A DNA stretch of 63,984 nucleotides, counting the filler, from Octopus bimaculoides (lineage: Eukaryota): the NCBI RefSeq assembly GCF_001194135.2. It is 4 parts of 4 records of this genome, joined end to end, with 100 filler letters (N's around TTAATTAATTAA, not from the genome) between each part and the next. Parts side by side here need not be neighbours in the genome. Positions count along the whole stretch, not along the records: positions 1 to 30,361 come from NC_068998.1; 3 more parts are not named here. One strand, 5' to 3'. The notes beneath the pieces are model-generated. The model had not been told where the DNA came from. It was given only the letters and a program-made list of their open reading frames with translations, and made no database searches. The position numbers were made by a program, and so were the translations under genes. Shown here in pieces: positions 1 to 9,765 of the stretch; positions within the stretch are counted from its first letter, which is position 1, and every line of letters begins with the position of its first letter.

Positions 1-360
1 TTGGGCTATGACCCTCTCTGTAACTTTCATAACCTGATCTAACAGCTTGATGCCTCTGTAATTATTTGTATCTAAAGCGTCCCCTTTACCTTTGTAGCAG
101 TTGACTATGATGCTGCTACACCAGTCATAGGGTATGACTCCTTCGTGTATCACCTGGTTCGTAATACGGGTGACTAGGCTATAGCCAACACTGCCAGATA
201 TTTTGAGCATCTCTGCAGTGATTCCTGATGGGCCGGGGGCTTTCCCGGTCTTCATACTCTTAATTGCTTTATCTACCCTGGTACTATCAACTCGGATAGC
301 TGGTCCCTCTATTGGGTCGACATAAGGCAGGCTCTCTTTCTCCCATTCATTCTCTTTATA
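1..360 (-). mobile_element. RTE-clade non-LTR retrotransposon ORF2 fragment (linker + start of RT), 5'-truncated, runs off the window edge
   Basis: Minus-strand frame is open for all 120 codons: YKENEWEKESLPYVDPIEGPAIRVDSTRVDKAIKSMKTGKAPGPSGITAEMLKISGSVGYSLVTRITNQVIHEGVIPYDWCSSIIVNCYKGKGDALDTNNYRGIKLLDQVMKVTERVIAQ. KAPGP.GI..E, W..S.IV..YKGKGD and NYRGIKLL are typical RT domain 0-1 motifs of the RTE clade. Confidence 0.9.
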
Positions 361-530
361 TATAGGGAGAATTCATAAAAAAAAACAAAAGACGAAGACA
401 GGTGGTGTAGAAAACAAACAGATGTATTAGTATAACACAACGCTCGGGAATTGAAAAAGTTTTTAACATTTCGAGCCTACGCTCTTCCACAGAAAGAAAC
501 AAGCAGAGAAAATAAGTGTGTATTTGTTAG
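361..530 (-). mobile_element. Probable Penelope-like element terminal (pLTR) fragment with a degenerate hammerhead-like motif
   Basis: Minus strand reads CTTTCTGTGGAAGAGCGTAGGCTCGAAATGTTAAAAAC, resembling the CTGA.GAA-stem-GAAAC(GT) signature of PLE termini. There is no ORF evidence. Confidence 0.45.
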
Positions 531-547
531 CAATCTATCATGGCGAA

Positions 548-588
<41 letters not shown>

Positions 589-781
589 GAATAGTGGTAC
601 AACAATGCACCAATGTTTACTGGAAATAACAGTCGATAATATACAACGCTATAATAAAGCTTCACTGTATATACCGGCAAAGATGTATGCAGGTGGCGTA
701 CATAAGAAATTTCATCTTATCTGTAGGAAGAATATCAGGTAAATGTCCAACCCAAATGTGGATAATCTAAGACCTAGGTTA

Positions 782-864
782 TTTACTCTTTCACTTGTTT
801 CAGTCATTTGACTGCAGCCATGCTGGAGCACTGCCTTTAGTTGAACAAATCGACCCCAGGACTT
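782..864 (-). mobile_element. SINE family B, 3' tail fragment
   Basis: Reverse complement of the tail seen in full copies (4436, 28231, 29313): ...ggggtcgatttgttcaactaaaggcagtgctccagcatggctgcagtcaaatgactgaaacaagtgaaagag. Confidence 0.85.
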
Positions 865-990
865 ACCCCTACGAGCTGGAAACCCAAGGTGCCGACAATA
901 AATAATAGTTGTACTCTACCTTCAGTATTGAGTGTGCTTGTTTCTGTTTATTGCCACTAATGTTTGTATGTATATATATATATATATATG

Positions 991-1182
991 CGGGTGACAC
1001 GTAAAAGCACCCACTACACTCTCTGAGTGGTTGGCGTTAGGAAGGGCATCCAGCTGTAGAAACTCTGCCAAATTAGATTGGAGCCTGGTGTAGCCATCCG
1101 GTTGCACCAGTCCTCAGTCAAATCGTCCAACCCATGCTAGCATGGAAAGCGGACGTTAAACGATGATGATGATGATGATGAT
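991..1182 (+). mobile_element. Retroposon 3' end (RTE-type tail) ending in (GAT)n
   Basis: cacgtaaaagcacccactacactc...ggcgttaggaagggcatccagc...gacgttaaacgatgatgatg. Near-identical copies occur at 3940, 6720, 27095 and (minus) 20712. Confidence 0.85.
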
Positions 1183-2139
1183 ATGTATGTGTGTGTTTGT
1201 GTATGTGCACATGTTTTATGTCTCTTTTTACACATACACCTGTATGTACCTATGAATATGTATGCATATATATACACATATATATGCTTACATCTGTGTA
1301 TAAAATCTTATTCTTGTTGCTAACTTACAAGCATTCAGACATTTTTGTTTCCTTTTATAAAAAAAAGAGCAAGAAGAAACAAAGAAAGGGGACCTTCCCC
1401 GCCATCCCCCAGTCAGTCAGTGTAATGACAATCTCGTTAGTCTAACGATAATTGTGATAGGTACTTAGGTAATCATCATTATTAAGGAAGCTGGCTAGCA
1501 AAACAAATGGCGGAGAAAGACAGGCCAGAACTAAAAGAGCTAGAAGACAAACAGACAGAAATCAATAAGGACTGATCAATATGCAATCCTTTTGTTTGGA
1601 GTTGACATTAATTCTTTCTTCTGTTCAAGTTTTCCTTTTTATCTCCTTTGTTTTCCTTATTCTTCATTTATAGATCAGGTTTTATTGAGATCCCAAAGAA
1701 ACGAGTCCCTTCATGTTTTGTCTTTGTTTTTGTTTTTTTNNNNNNNNNNCCCCCCCCCCCCCAATTATCTCGGCTGATGTCAGTATGCTGACGGATGTGG
1801 CCGAATCATTTGCTTGAAATGAAATGAAAGGAAACGAAGGACGATGAGGTGTGTTTAAATTAGCCTCTTTTGTTGGGTTTTTTTTCTAGTTTCAAAGTCT
1901 CATCAAAGGTAAAAATTGGCCTTCAATCCTCTTTGTTTTATTTTATCTTTATCTTATTTATTTATTTATTTATTTACCTTTTGTGCCGTAATCGATGAAG
2001 TAAGATACTCTGTGGTCAGTTTCATTGACTACACCTCACCACCTTCACCTCCACTGCCCCGACCAAAATTTGTCCCTTTGTTCTCCAGACAGGAATCATC
2101 AGTGTTATTGATTAGCATTGTTCACCGGCCGATAGCATG

Positions 2140-2335
2140 GAATAATTGGTCGAATTATTAGCATGCTGGACGAAATACCACATGGTGCTTTCTCCAGTTG
2201 CTTACATTGTGAGTTCAGATCTCGCCAAGGTCAACTTTGCGTTACATCTTTTTACTTTCAAGTACTGAGGTTGTTGCTATAGACACGATTACAACTCTTC
2301 CCGTCAAATTAGCTAACCTGCTAACTATATGCTTA
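2140..2335 (+). mobile_element. SINE family A, degenerate copy
   Basis: gtgagttcagatctcgccaaggtcaactttgc core, matching better copies at 2381 and 6256. Confidence 0.6.
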
Positions 2336-2337
2336 TA

Positions 2338-2378
<41 letters not shown>

Positions 2379-2380
2379 TA

Positions 2381-2600
2381 GGCAGTGAGCAGGCAGAATA
2401 GTTAGTATTCTGGGGAAAAAATGCTTTGCAGCATTTTGTCTGTCTTTATATTCCAAGTTCAAATCCCGCCGTGGTTGACTTTGCCTTTCACCCTTTCTGG
2501 GTTGATAAATTAAGTACAAGTGAAACACTGGGGTTGATGTAATCGACTGGTGACCTCCCCCAAAATTTCAGGCCTTGTGCCTTTAGTAGAAAGGATTATT
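2381..2600 (+). mobile_element. SINE family A (tRNA-derived head), flanked by (ATT)n
   Basis: Head ggcagtgagcaggcagaa...B-box-like gttcaaatcccgcc, core gactttgcctttca...aagtac...ggggttgatgtaatcgact, tail ccaaaatttcaggccttgtgcc...attattatt. Confidence 0.85.
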
Positions 2601-2890
2601 ATTACCTCCGCCTTAGTGAAGGCGGAGGTATTGTTTTCAGTCACGTTTGTTTGTTGGTTTGTCCATGGACAAGATATCTCAGGAATCACTGGATGGATTT
2701 GGAAGAAATTTTTGGTTGTTTGGCCTTATGACTGGTATGAACTGATTAGATTCCGTGATTGATCTGGTACCGGACAAGGATTCTGGATTATTTTTCTTGT
2801 TTTTTACTTAATTTCTGGGAGTGGTCTGGTTAATTTTTAGTATATTCGTTTGTGACAGCAGTCGAGTTTATTTCGGATATTCTCATTTTA
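2601..2890 (+). mobile_element. Non-autonomous Helentron/HINE-like element (5' part)
   Basis: Begins in TT context with a perfect 12-bp hairpin TACCTCCGCCTT-AGTG-AAGGCGGAGGTA (2603-2630), followed by ttgttttc, a (GTTT)n-like stretch and gatatctcaggaatcactggatggatttgg. This layout is typical of HINE/DINE-like elements; I did not find the 3' end. Confidence 0.55.
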
Positions 2891-3160
2891 AAAACGGGGT
2901 GATGAAGTAAGTACCAGTTAAACACTTGGGTTGATGAAATCAACTAGCGCTGTCCACTGGAGTTTCAGGCCTTGAGCCTGCTGTAGAAAAGATCAATGTT
3001 ATTGTTAATTATTATTATTATTAGGAAAGCCTAATGACATTTGTTTCTGAGAGGACCCTATGGAGTAAGTGTCTGAGGAACTCAATGTAATCGACTAGTC
3101 CTCTCCCACGAAATTGCTGGCGTTGTGCCAAAATTTGAAACCATTATCATTATCGTTACT

Positions 3161-3385
3161 AAGGCTGTGAGCTGGCAGAATCATGAGTGCGCTGGACGAA
3201 ATGCTTAGCAGTATTTTGCTCGTCGCTACATTCTGAGTTCAAATTCCGCTGAGGTCAAATTTACCTTTTATCCTTTAGGGATCAATAAAATAAGTACCAG
3301 TTGAACACTGGGGGTCGATGTAATCGACTCATCTCCTTCCCCACAGTTGTGTGCCTTTGTGGCAAACTTTGAAATCATTATTGTT
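3161..3385 (+). mobile_element. SINE family A copy (last of a head-to-tail cluster, 2140-3385)
   Basis: aaggctgtgagctggcagaa...ctgagttcaaattccgctgaggtc...ggggtcgatgtaatcgact...gaaatcattatt. Partial tails also lie at about 2897-3000 and 3075-3150. Confidence 0.85.
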
Positions 3386-3939
3386 ATTGTTGTTGTCTTT
3401 AGCTTAGCCTCATTGACTGTCGGCACCACTGTCAATGGGTATTAGTAGACAATCTTGATTTACAAAAGCTCTCTTCAAGGAGAATTATTTGGCCATGCGA
3501 GGCTGCAAGCTAATGTTTTAAATATAGTTTAGTTCAGCTGACTGTTAACTTTCATTCTGTTTGTTGTCTGTTGAAGGTTGATGGCTGATCTTATTAGGAA
3601 AGAAACTCTTCTGATTGATTGTTTAACGATGGTGGTTGTAGTGGTGGTGGTGGTGGTGGTGGTTTGTAAGGTTTTTCTTTTTTTTATGTCCATGTTCACG
3701 TGGTTGTATGGTTGGGTTTTGTTTGTATGTAATTGTGTGTTTGCAAGACTATGTCAGTTGGTGTGTGTTGAGAGAGAACATTAATTGGGATTGTATGAGA
3801 GTTTGTGTGTGCAGTTGTATGTGTGTGTGCATTTGTGGTACTTTTTTTGTATATAATAGTCTGTGTATATGTATCTGTGTGCATGTATACACACACACAC
3901 ACACACAGATATAACCAATGCAATTAAAAAGAATATGAA

Positions 3940-4068
3940 GACTAGGAAGGGCATCCAGCTGGAAGAACCTTGCCAGATCAGATTGGAGCCTGGTGCAGCC
4001 TCTTGGCTTGCCAGCCCTCAGTCAAACTGTCCAACCCATGCCAGCATGGAAAGCAGATGTTAAACGAT
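3940..4068 (+). mobile_element. RTE-type retroposon 3' tail fragment
   Basis: taggaagggcatccagctggaagaaccttgccagatcagattggagcctggtgcagcc...gcatggaaagcagatgttaaacgat. Confidence 0.8.
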
Positions 4069-4264
4069 TATTATGAGGCCAAATCAAGCTGTTTTAGGTA
4101 ATAATAATAATAATAATAATAATAATGATAATTGTAATCATTATGGAGTCTCCCCATAGAGACGATGTATGAGCGTTTGGCTATTGCCAAGTGGCCTGCA
4201 CAAATGGTTTGTTTATAGTGATCAAATGTTCTTGCCCCTGTTGTATAAACAGGGGCACAGTGTG

Positions 4265-4410
4265 GCACACATCAGCTGTCGAATTGATCGCAGAGCAATG
4301 TGAGATAAAGGTTTTTGCTCAAGAACACAACATACCAACCAGTGTAGGAATTGAAACCACAATCACAAGGACATGAGTACAACACCCTTAACTACAAGGC
4401 TGTGCGCCTA
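4265..4410 (-). mobile_element. tRNA/CORE-type SINE head, degenerate
   Basis: Minus strand: ggcgcacagccttgtagttaagggtg...ggtttcaattcc...gtgttcttgagcaaaaacctttatctcacattgctc, similar to the 55088 copy. Confidence 0.6.
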
Positions 4411-4435
4411 ACAATAATAACAATCATAATATACA

Positions 4436-4822
4436 CTGTGTGGTAAGTAGCTTGCTTACCAATCACATGGTTCCGGGTTCAGTCCCACTGTGTGGCACCT
4501 TGGGCAAGTGTCTTCTACTATAGCCCCGGGCCGACCAAAGCCTTGTGAGTGGATTTGGTAGATGGAAACTGAAAGAAGCCCGTCGTATATATATATATAT
4601 GTATGTGTGTGTATATGTTTGTGTGTCTGTGTTTGTCCCCACCTACATCACTTGACTTCCGATGCTGGTGTGTTTACGTCCCTGTAACTTAGCGGTTCAG
4701 CAAAAGAGACTGATAGAATAAGTTCTAGGCTCACAAAGAATAAGTCCTGGGGTCGATTTGCTCGACTAAAGACAGTGCTCCAGCATGGCCGCAGTCAAGT
4801 GACTGAAACAAGTAAAAGAGAA
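4436..4822 (+). mobile_element. SINE family B, near full length, with an internal (TA)n/(TG)n tract
   Basis: ctgtgtggtaagtagcttgcttaccaatcacatggttccgggttcagtcccactg...ggcaagtgtcttctactatagcc...gaaagaagcccgtcg-(TA/TG)n-gtgtttgtcccc...cagcatggccgcagtc...gaaacaagtaaaagag. Confidence 0.9.
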
Positions 4823-6161
4823 AAGAGAAAAAAAAGAGACATACATAAACACATACATGTATATCTATCTACCNNNNNNNNNNNNNNNNNNNNNNNNNNN
4901 NNNNNNNNNNNNNNNNNNNNNNNNNNNNNNNNNNNNNNNNNNNNNNNNNNNNNNNNNATATATATATATATATATACACAATAATCCCTTGGCTCTCGCA
5001 GGTGTTACATTCCAAAACCTCCCTCGATAGGTGAACATTCGTGAAGTAGAAACAATACTGTACTGTATATTTTTTTTTTTTATTATTTTCATAATTTGTA
5101 ATTATTTATTTTATCATAAATGCAAGACAACATCACAGAGGAATCGACGTAGGTTTAAATAATAAACCGCGACGGGTGAACTGCGATACATATATTAGTA
5201 TACCTATGTATACACTCACATACACACATACATGCATATATATTCCCGTTGCACTCAGTTGCTTTGTAGTTGCACAGAGAAACGGGGATGAAAGATGAAA
5301 GTAGGTCTACACTCCACTGCAGCGATTGTCCATAATCAGGTGCATAACACCTTTCCCCCACAACCGTTTGCCGTTCTCTGTAGAAGCTCGTCAACTCAAA
5401 ACAAAAGCTGCCTACTACCGTGTTATTAAACACGGCAACGTGTGCTATGAAGTGTAATAACCCTAACCGACTTCCAAGACAAAAAGCAAAACTCAGGAAG
5501 TATTTCGAAGACCATTAAAACAAACCCACCGCTTAATGTTACAATCTCTGCCACTGTTCTCAATTCCTCTTGTGTTACTTGTTTCGGTTTTCTCTTGATT
5601 GGAATTGTGGAATTGGTAATTTGTTTTCCTGGTTGAAGTGTAATAGACTTCCATTAGTTTGTTTCCTGTGTTTAGTTTTTTTTATTGTTATTATTATTTG
5701 TGTTATATCTTTTTTTTTTTTGTTACTGCTTTTTTTTTCCTGTTCCTGTGTTGTTTTGTTTTTATTGTTCTATTTACCGTTTTAATTTTCTGGTTTTTTG
5801 GGGGGTTTTTTCCCCATTTTTCACTTCTCGTGTGTGTTTATGTTGTTCGTATATACTTGCATTCATGTATACATTTGTGTGTGTATATGTATGTATATAT
5901 ATATATATATATATTTGCATATGATAAATTTATGTAGATGTATGTCTATATGTATGATATATGCACATGTGGATATATGTACATGTGTATATATTTATAT
6001 TAATATATGTGTTTGTGTATATATACAAATGTGTACATGTATACGTATATATATATGTATATACGTTTTTATGTATATATGTGTGTATTTGTATGTATAG
6101 ATGTGTATATTTGTATATATAGATGTGTATATTTATATATATATATGTGTGTATATTTGTG

Positions 6162-6212
<51 letters not shown>

Positions 6213-6255
6213 TTGTATGTATATATATGTGTGTGTGTTTGTATATATGTGTCTT

Positions 6256-6489
6256 AAGGCGGCGAGCTGGCAGAAACATTAGAATGTCGGGCGAAATGCT
6301 TAGCAGTATTTCATCTGCCGCTACGTTGTGAGTTCAAATTCCGCCGAGGTTGACTTTGTCTTTCATCCTTTCGGGGTCAATAAATTAAGTACCAGTTAAT
6401 CACTGGGGTCGATGTAATTGACTTAATCCCTTTGTCTGTCCTTCTTTGTCCCCTCTATGTTTAGCCCCCTGTGGGCAACAAAGAAATAA
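6256..6489 (+). mobile_element. SINE family A, full length, tail type 1
   Basis: aaggcggcgagctggcagaaacattag...gagttcaaattccgccgagg...cttaatccctttgtctgtcc...gtgggcaacaaagaaataa. Confidence 0.9.
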
Positions 6490-6559
6490 ACATATGTGTC
6501 TGTGTGTATATGTGTATATGTACATAATATGCTTATCCTTATGTGTATGAAATATTGAA

Positions 6560-6632
6560 TTTAGTTCATGGACCTCCACTACTACCTTTGCAGACCACCA
6601 GGGGTCCACAGACCTCTGGTTGGGAACCACTG
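6560..6632 (-). mobile_element. hAT (Charlie-like) terminal fragment
   Basis: Minus strand begins CAGTGGTTCCCAACC-agaggtctgtggacccc (6632 downward), the typical CAGTGGTTCCCAA terminus of Charlie-type hATs. The other end was not found. Confidence 0.55.
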
Positions 6633-6654
6633 CTCTATATGTCTGTTCATATAG

Positions 6655-6920
6655 ACACAGGTGTGGCTGTGTGGTAAGAAGTTTGCTTCCCAACTACGTG
6701 GTGTGAGTTTGAGCGTGGCTGGTGGCACGTAAAAAGCACCCACTACACTCTCGGAGTGGTTGGCGTTAGGAGGGGCATCCAGCTGCAGGAACTCTGCCAG
6801 ATCAGATTGGAGTCTGGTGCAGCCATCTGGTGTAGCCATCTGGTTCGCCAATCCCCAGTCAAATCGTCCAACCCATGCTAGCATGGAAAGTGGACGTTAA
6901 ATGATGGTGATGATGATGAT
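6655..6920 (+). mobile_element. Chimeric retroposon: SINE-B head joined to an RTE-type tail
   Basis: ggtgtggctgtgtggtaagaagtttgcttcccaac (B head) switches at about 6715 to ggtggcacgtaaaaagcacccac...gacgttaaatgatggtgatg. Confidence 0.75.
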
Positions 6921-7545
6921 AAAATACGTGTTTGTGTGCACATGAATGCACACACCATCCACCCACTCTCTGTGACATGTTAGCTTTAAACAAAATTCTT
7001 CCGAATAAATCACTTCAGTGTTTTTTTGTCTCTCTCTCCCATTCACAAGACGTACTGACTATTTCAATTATCTTTGGTTCCTGTTCTCTGTGGTACTGTA
7101 AGGTACTGGGTACTTTTGTACATGTGTGTATATTTGGGCCTGTGTGAGTGCGTGTTTGCGTAGTGGAATTGTGTCACAGTGTACATGACTGTCTGGGACC
7201 TTGTTAGTATGTATGAACCTGTGTGTGCGTGTAACTTTTTTTTTGTTGGCATCTGTTGGAGATCGTGTTTGCAGGTGTATGTCGATGTGTCTCTGATGAA
7301 CCTGTGTGCGTGTGGATGTGTGTGCTTTTGTATTAAAAGTCTTGTTTACTTATTGTTGTTGTTTTTTGTTGGGGTGGGGTGTATCTCTTGGTGTCTGTTG
7401 CTAAATCTTTTTTCCTGTTTTTCAACGTGTGTTTGTTTCATTTATTTGTGTACGAGTGTATGTGTCTATATATGTATATTATGTTTGTATGTATGTATGT
7501 GTGTTTGTCAGTGTCTGTTACTAAACTTGTTTCATTTGATTTCGG

Positions 7546-7588
<43 letters not shown>

Positions 7589-7971
7589 TGTTTGTATGTA
7601 TTTGTGTGAGTTTGTGTGTGTGTACGTATCTGTGTTCGTGTGTGTACAAATTTGTGTATTTATGTCTTCATGTTCGTGTTTGCATGTTTATGTGTGTTTG
7701 CATGTATGTTTGTATGTATGTATGTACGTATATAGTGAAACGTTCTGTACGTATGCAATGATTCCTTGTTTGTTTGTTTTTTTTTCGTTTGTTAGTTTGT
7801 TTGTCTTTTAATTTTTGTTTTCGTTAATTTAATTTTATTTCTACTTTTCTCTCATCTCTCTTCTTGGTGTTATCTCTGTGCTTTATGTTTTATTTCATTC
7901 GTTTTTTCCTCTGCTGCTGCTGGAAAATGGAAAACAGCAAAACCAAAACCAAAACCAAAAAAAAAAAATAA

Positions 7972-8002
<31 letters not shown>

Positions 8003-8333
8003 AGAGAAATAAAAGGACAGAAAAAGCAAGACAAAAACCTGTTTCAACTCATTTCCGTCTTTTAGCAGAAGCAAACACCTACCTAGTTACCTACCTGTAC
8101 ACCTACCTGCATACGAACATAACATAACTTAGCAGAGATCAAACACAACATCTGCAATATTTGTATGCAATTAAATGAATAACAATACAGGTAGAATATA
8201 TATATATTCTCCTGGTATCTTTGCGATGTTTAAGCTATAATGAAATTGGCCATTGTCATCGTGTCTATGTGGCGACTAGAGCTCGCATAAGAGTGCACAT
8301 GCGCAAATGCGCATGCTATGAGTTTTTTTTTAA

Positions 8334-8542
8334 CCCTTTAGCTTTCAGTGTATTCTGTCAAATATTAAACCTCATTTATTCCCATTGTTTTGAATTAATC
8401 ATCAAAATTTTGATGTGCTTGTTTGTTTTTTTTGGTTTGTAATATATCGTAAAGTATGTGTGACAGGCTGGATCCGGCCAGTTTGAAACATAAAGCTTGT
8501 GGGATATTTGGGCTGGATGTGGCTAGCTTAGATACTAAAGGG
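8334..8542. mobile_element. piggyBac-type MITE, 209 bp
   Basis: TTAA (8330-33)|CCCTTTAG...CTAAAGGG|TTAA (8543-46): both TIRs and both TTAA target duplications are intact. Confidence 0.85.
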
Positions 8543-8652
8543 TTAATGTTATTGTGTCTTTATTCAGAATGCATTATAAGCGTGTATTTGCATGGCTGCA
8601 TATGTATGCACACATCTGTAAATGTGTGTGTTTGTGTGCAAGTACATACATA

Positions 8653-8833
8653 CTTCTTTCCGTTTCCATCTACCAAATCCACTCACAAGGCTTTGGTCGG
8701 CCCATGGCTATAATAGAAGACACTTGCTCAAGATGCNNNNNNNNNNGAAGACACTTGCTCAAGATGCCACACAGTGGGACTGAACCCGGAACCATGTGGT
8801 TGGGAAGCAAGCGTCTTAACACACAGCCACACC
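8653..8833 (-). mobile_element. SINE family B, 5' half
   Basis: Reverse complement of the B head and core (…acacagccac). It spans a 10-N gap with an apparent duplicated overlap (agacacttgctcaagatgc on both sides). Confidence 0.85.
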
Positions 8834-9514
8834 TTCACCTATGTATAATAAGCTTACATGTACATGTATACTCACACACACACACACACACACACACACA
8901 TGGATATATATATGTATATATGGAGAGAGAGACAAAGATATATATGTACTCATTTATATAGAAGTAGGAATGACTATGGCAAAGACATTCATTAAATGAT
9001 GCACTCAATCTATCTCTTTTGTTAATAATGTATTATTGATCTACTCCTGTAGAACTAATCATGGTTGATGAACCAACAACAACTAAAACTACCCCCTTGA
9101 AGCAACAACAACAACAAACACCACCACCACCACCACCACCACTACAACATACAGAATCCTCTCACTGACATACGTAAACCTCATGAACATTGATGTAGTT
9201 GCCAGCTCTTAATGCTTATTTGGTGAAGCATGACACAAACTATACATGAGACAAGTCTTTGGAGATGTGGCATGGAACATTGGTGAATTACAAGTTCAGC
9301 CTCCCCTCCCATCAATGAAAAATTCCTCCATTCATTTTCATTTAGCCAGCTCTTTATTTATATAATTATTTTTGTTTAATTAATTATTATTTCGTTTGGT
9401 ATTGTTTTGTATTCATTCATTCATAAAGGGAGTTGTGTATGTAGATGGATGAGATGGCTGGAAGGTCAACTGGTTGTTTTGTTTTGATCTTATTGTAACA
9501 CACAATGAAGGCAT

Positions 9515-9765
9515 ATGGTTCAGTGGTTTGAGCGTCGGGCTCACAATCTGGAGGTGGTGAGTTCAATTCCCGGACTGAGCTGTGAGTCGTGTCCTTCAGC
9601 AAGACATTTTATTTTCATGTGGTTCCAGTTCACTCTGTTGTAGAAATGAATTGTGACATCACACTGATGCCAAGCTGTTTTGGCCTTTGACTTCCTCTTG
9701 GATAACATCGGTGGTATGGAGAGGGGACGTTGGTATGCATGGGCAACTGCTGGTCATCTGTTATT
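9515..9765 (+). mobile_element. SINE family E (tRNA head + CORE-like domain)
   Basis: catatggttcagtggtttgagcgtc...gagttcaattcccggactg...gtccttcagcaagac...ggagaggggacgttggtatgcatggg, homologous to 55088-55430. Confidence 0.8.

Noticed and set aside
1507-1575. Short ORF MAEKDRPELKELEDKQTEINKD with a good Kozak context and YY1-like motif
   Set aside because: Only 22 codons, no splice donor, and no supporting context.
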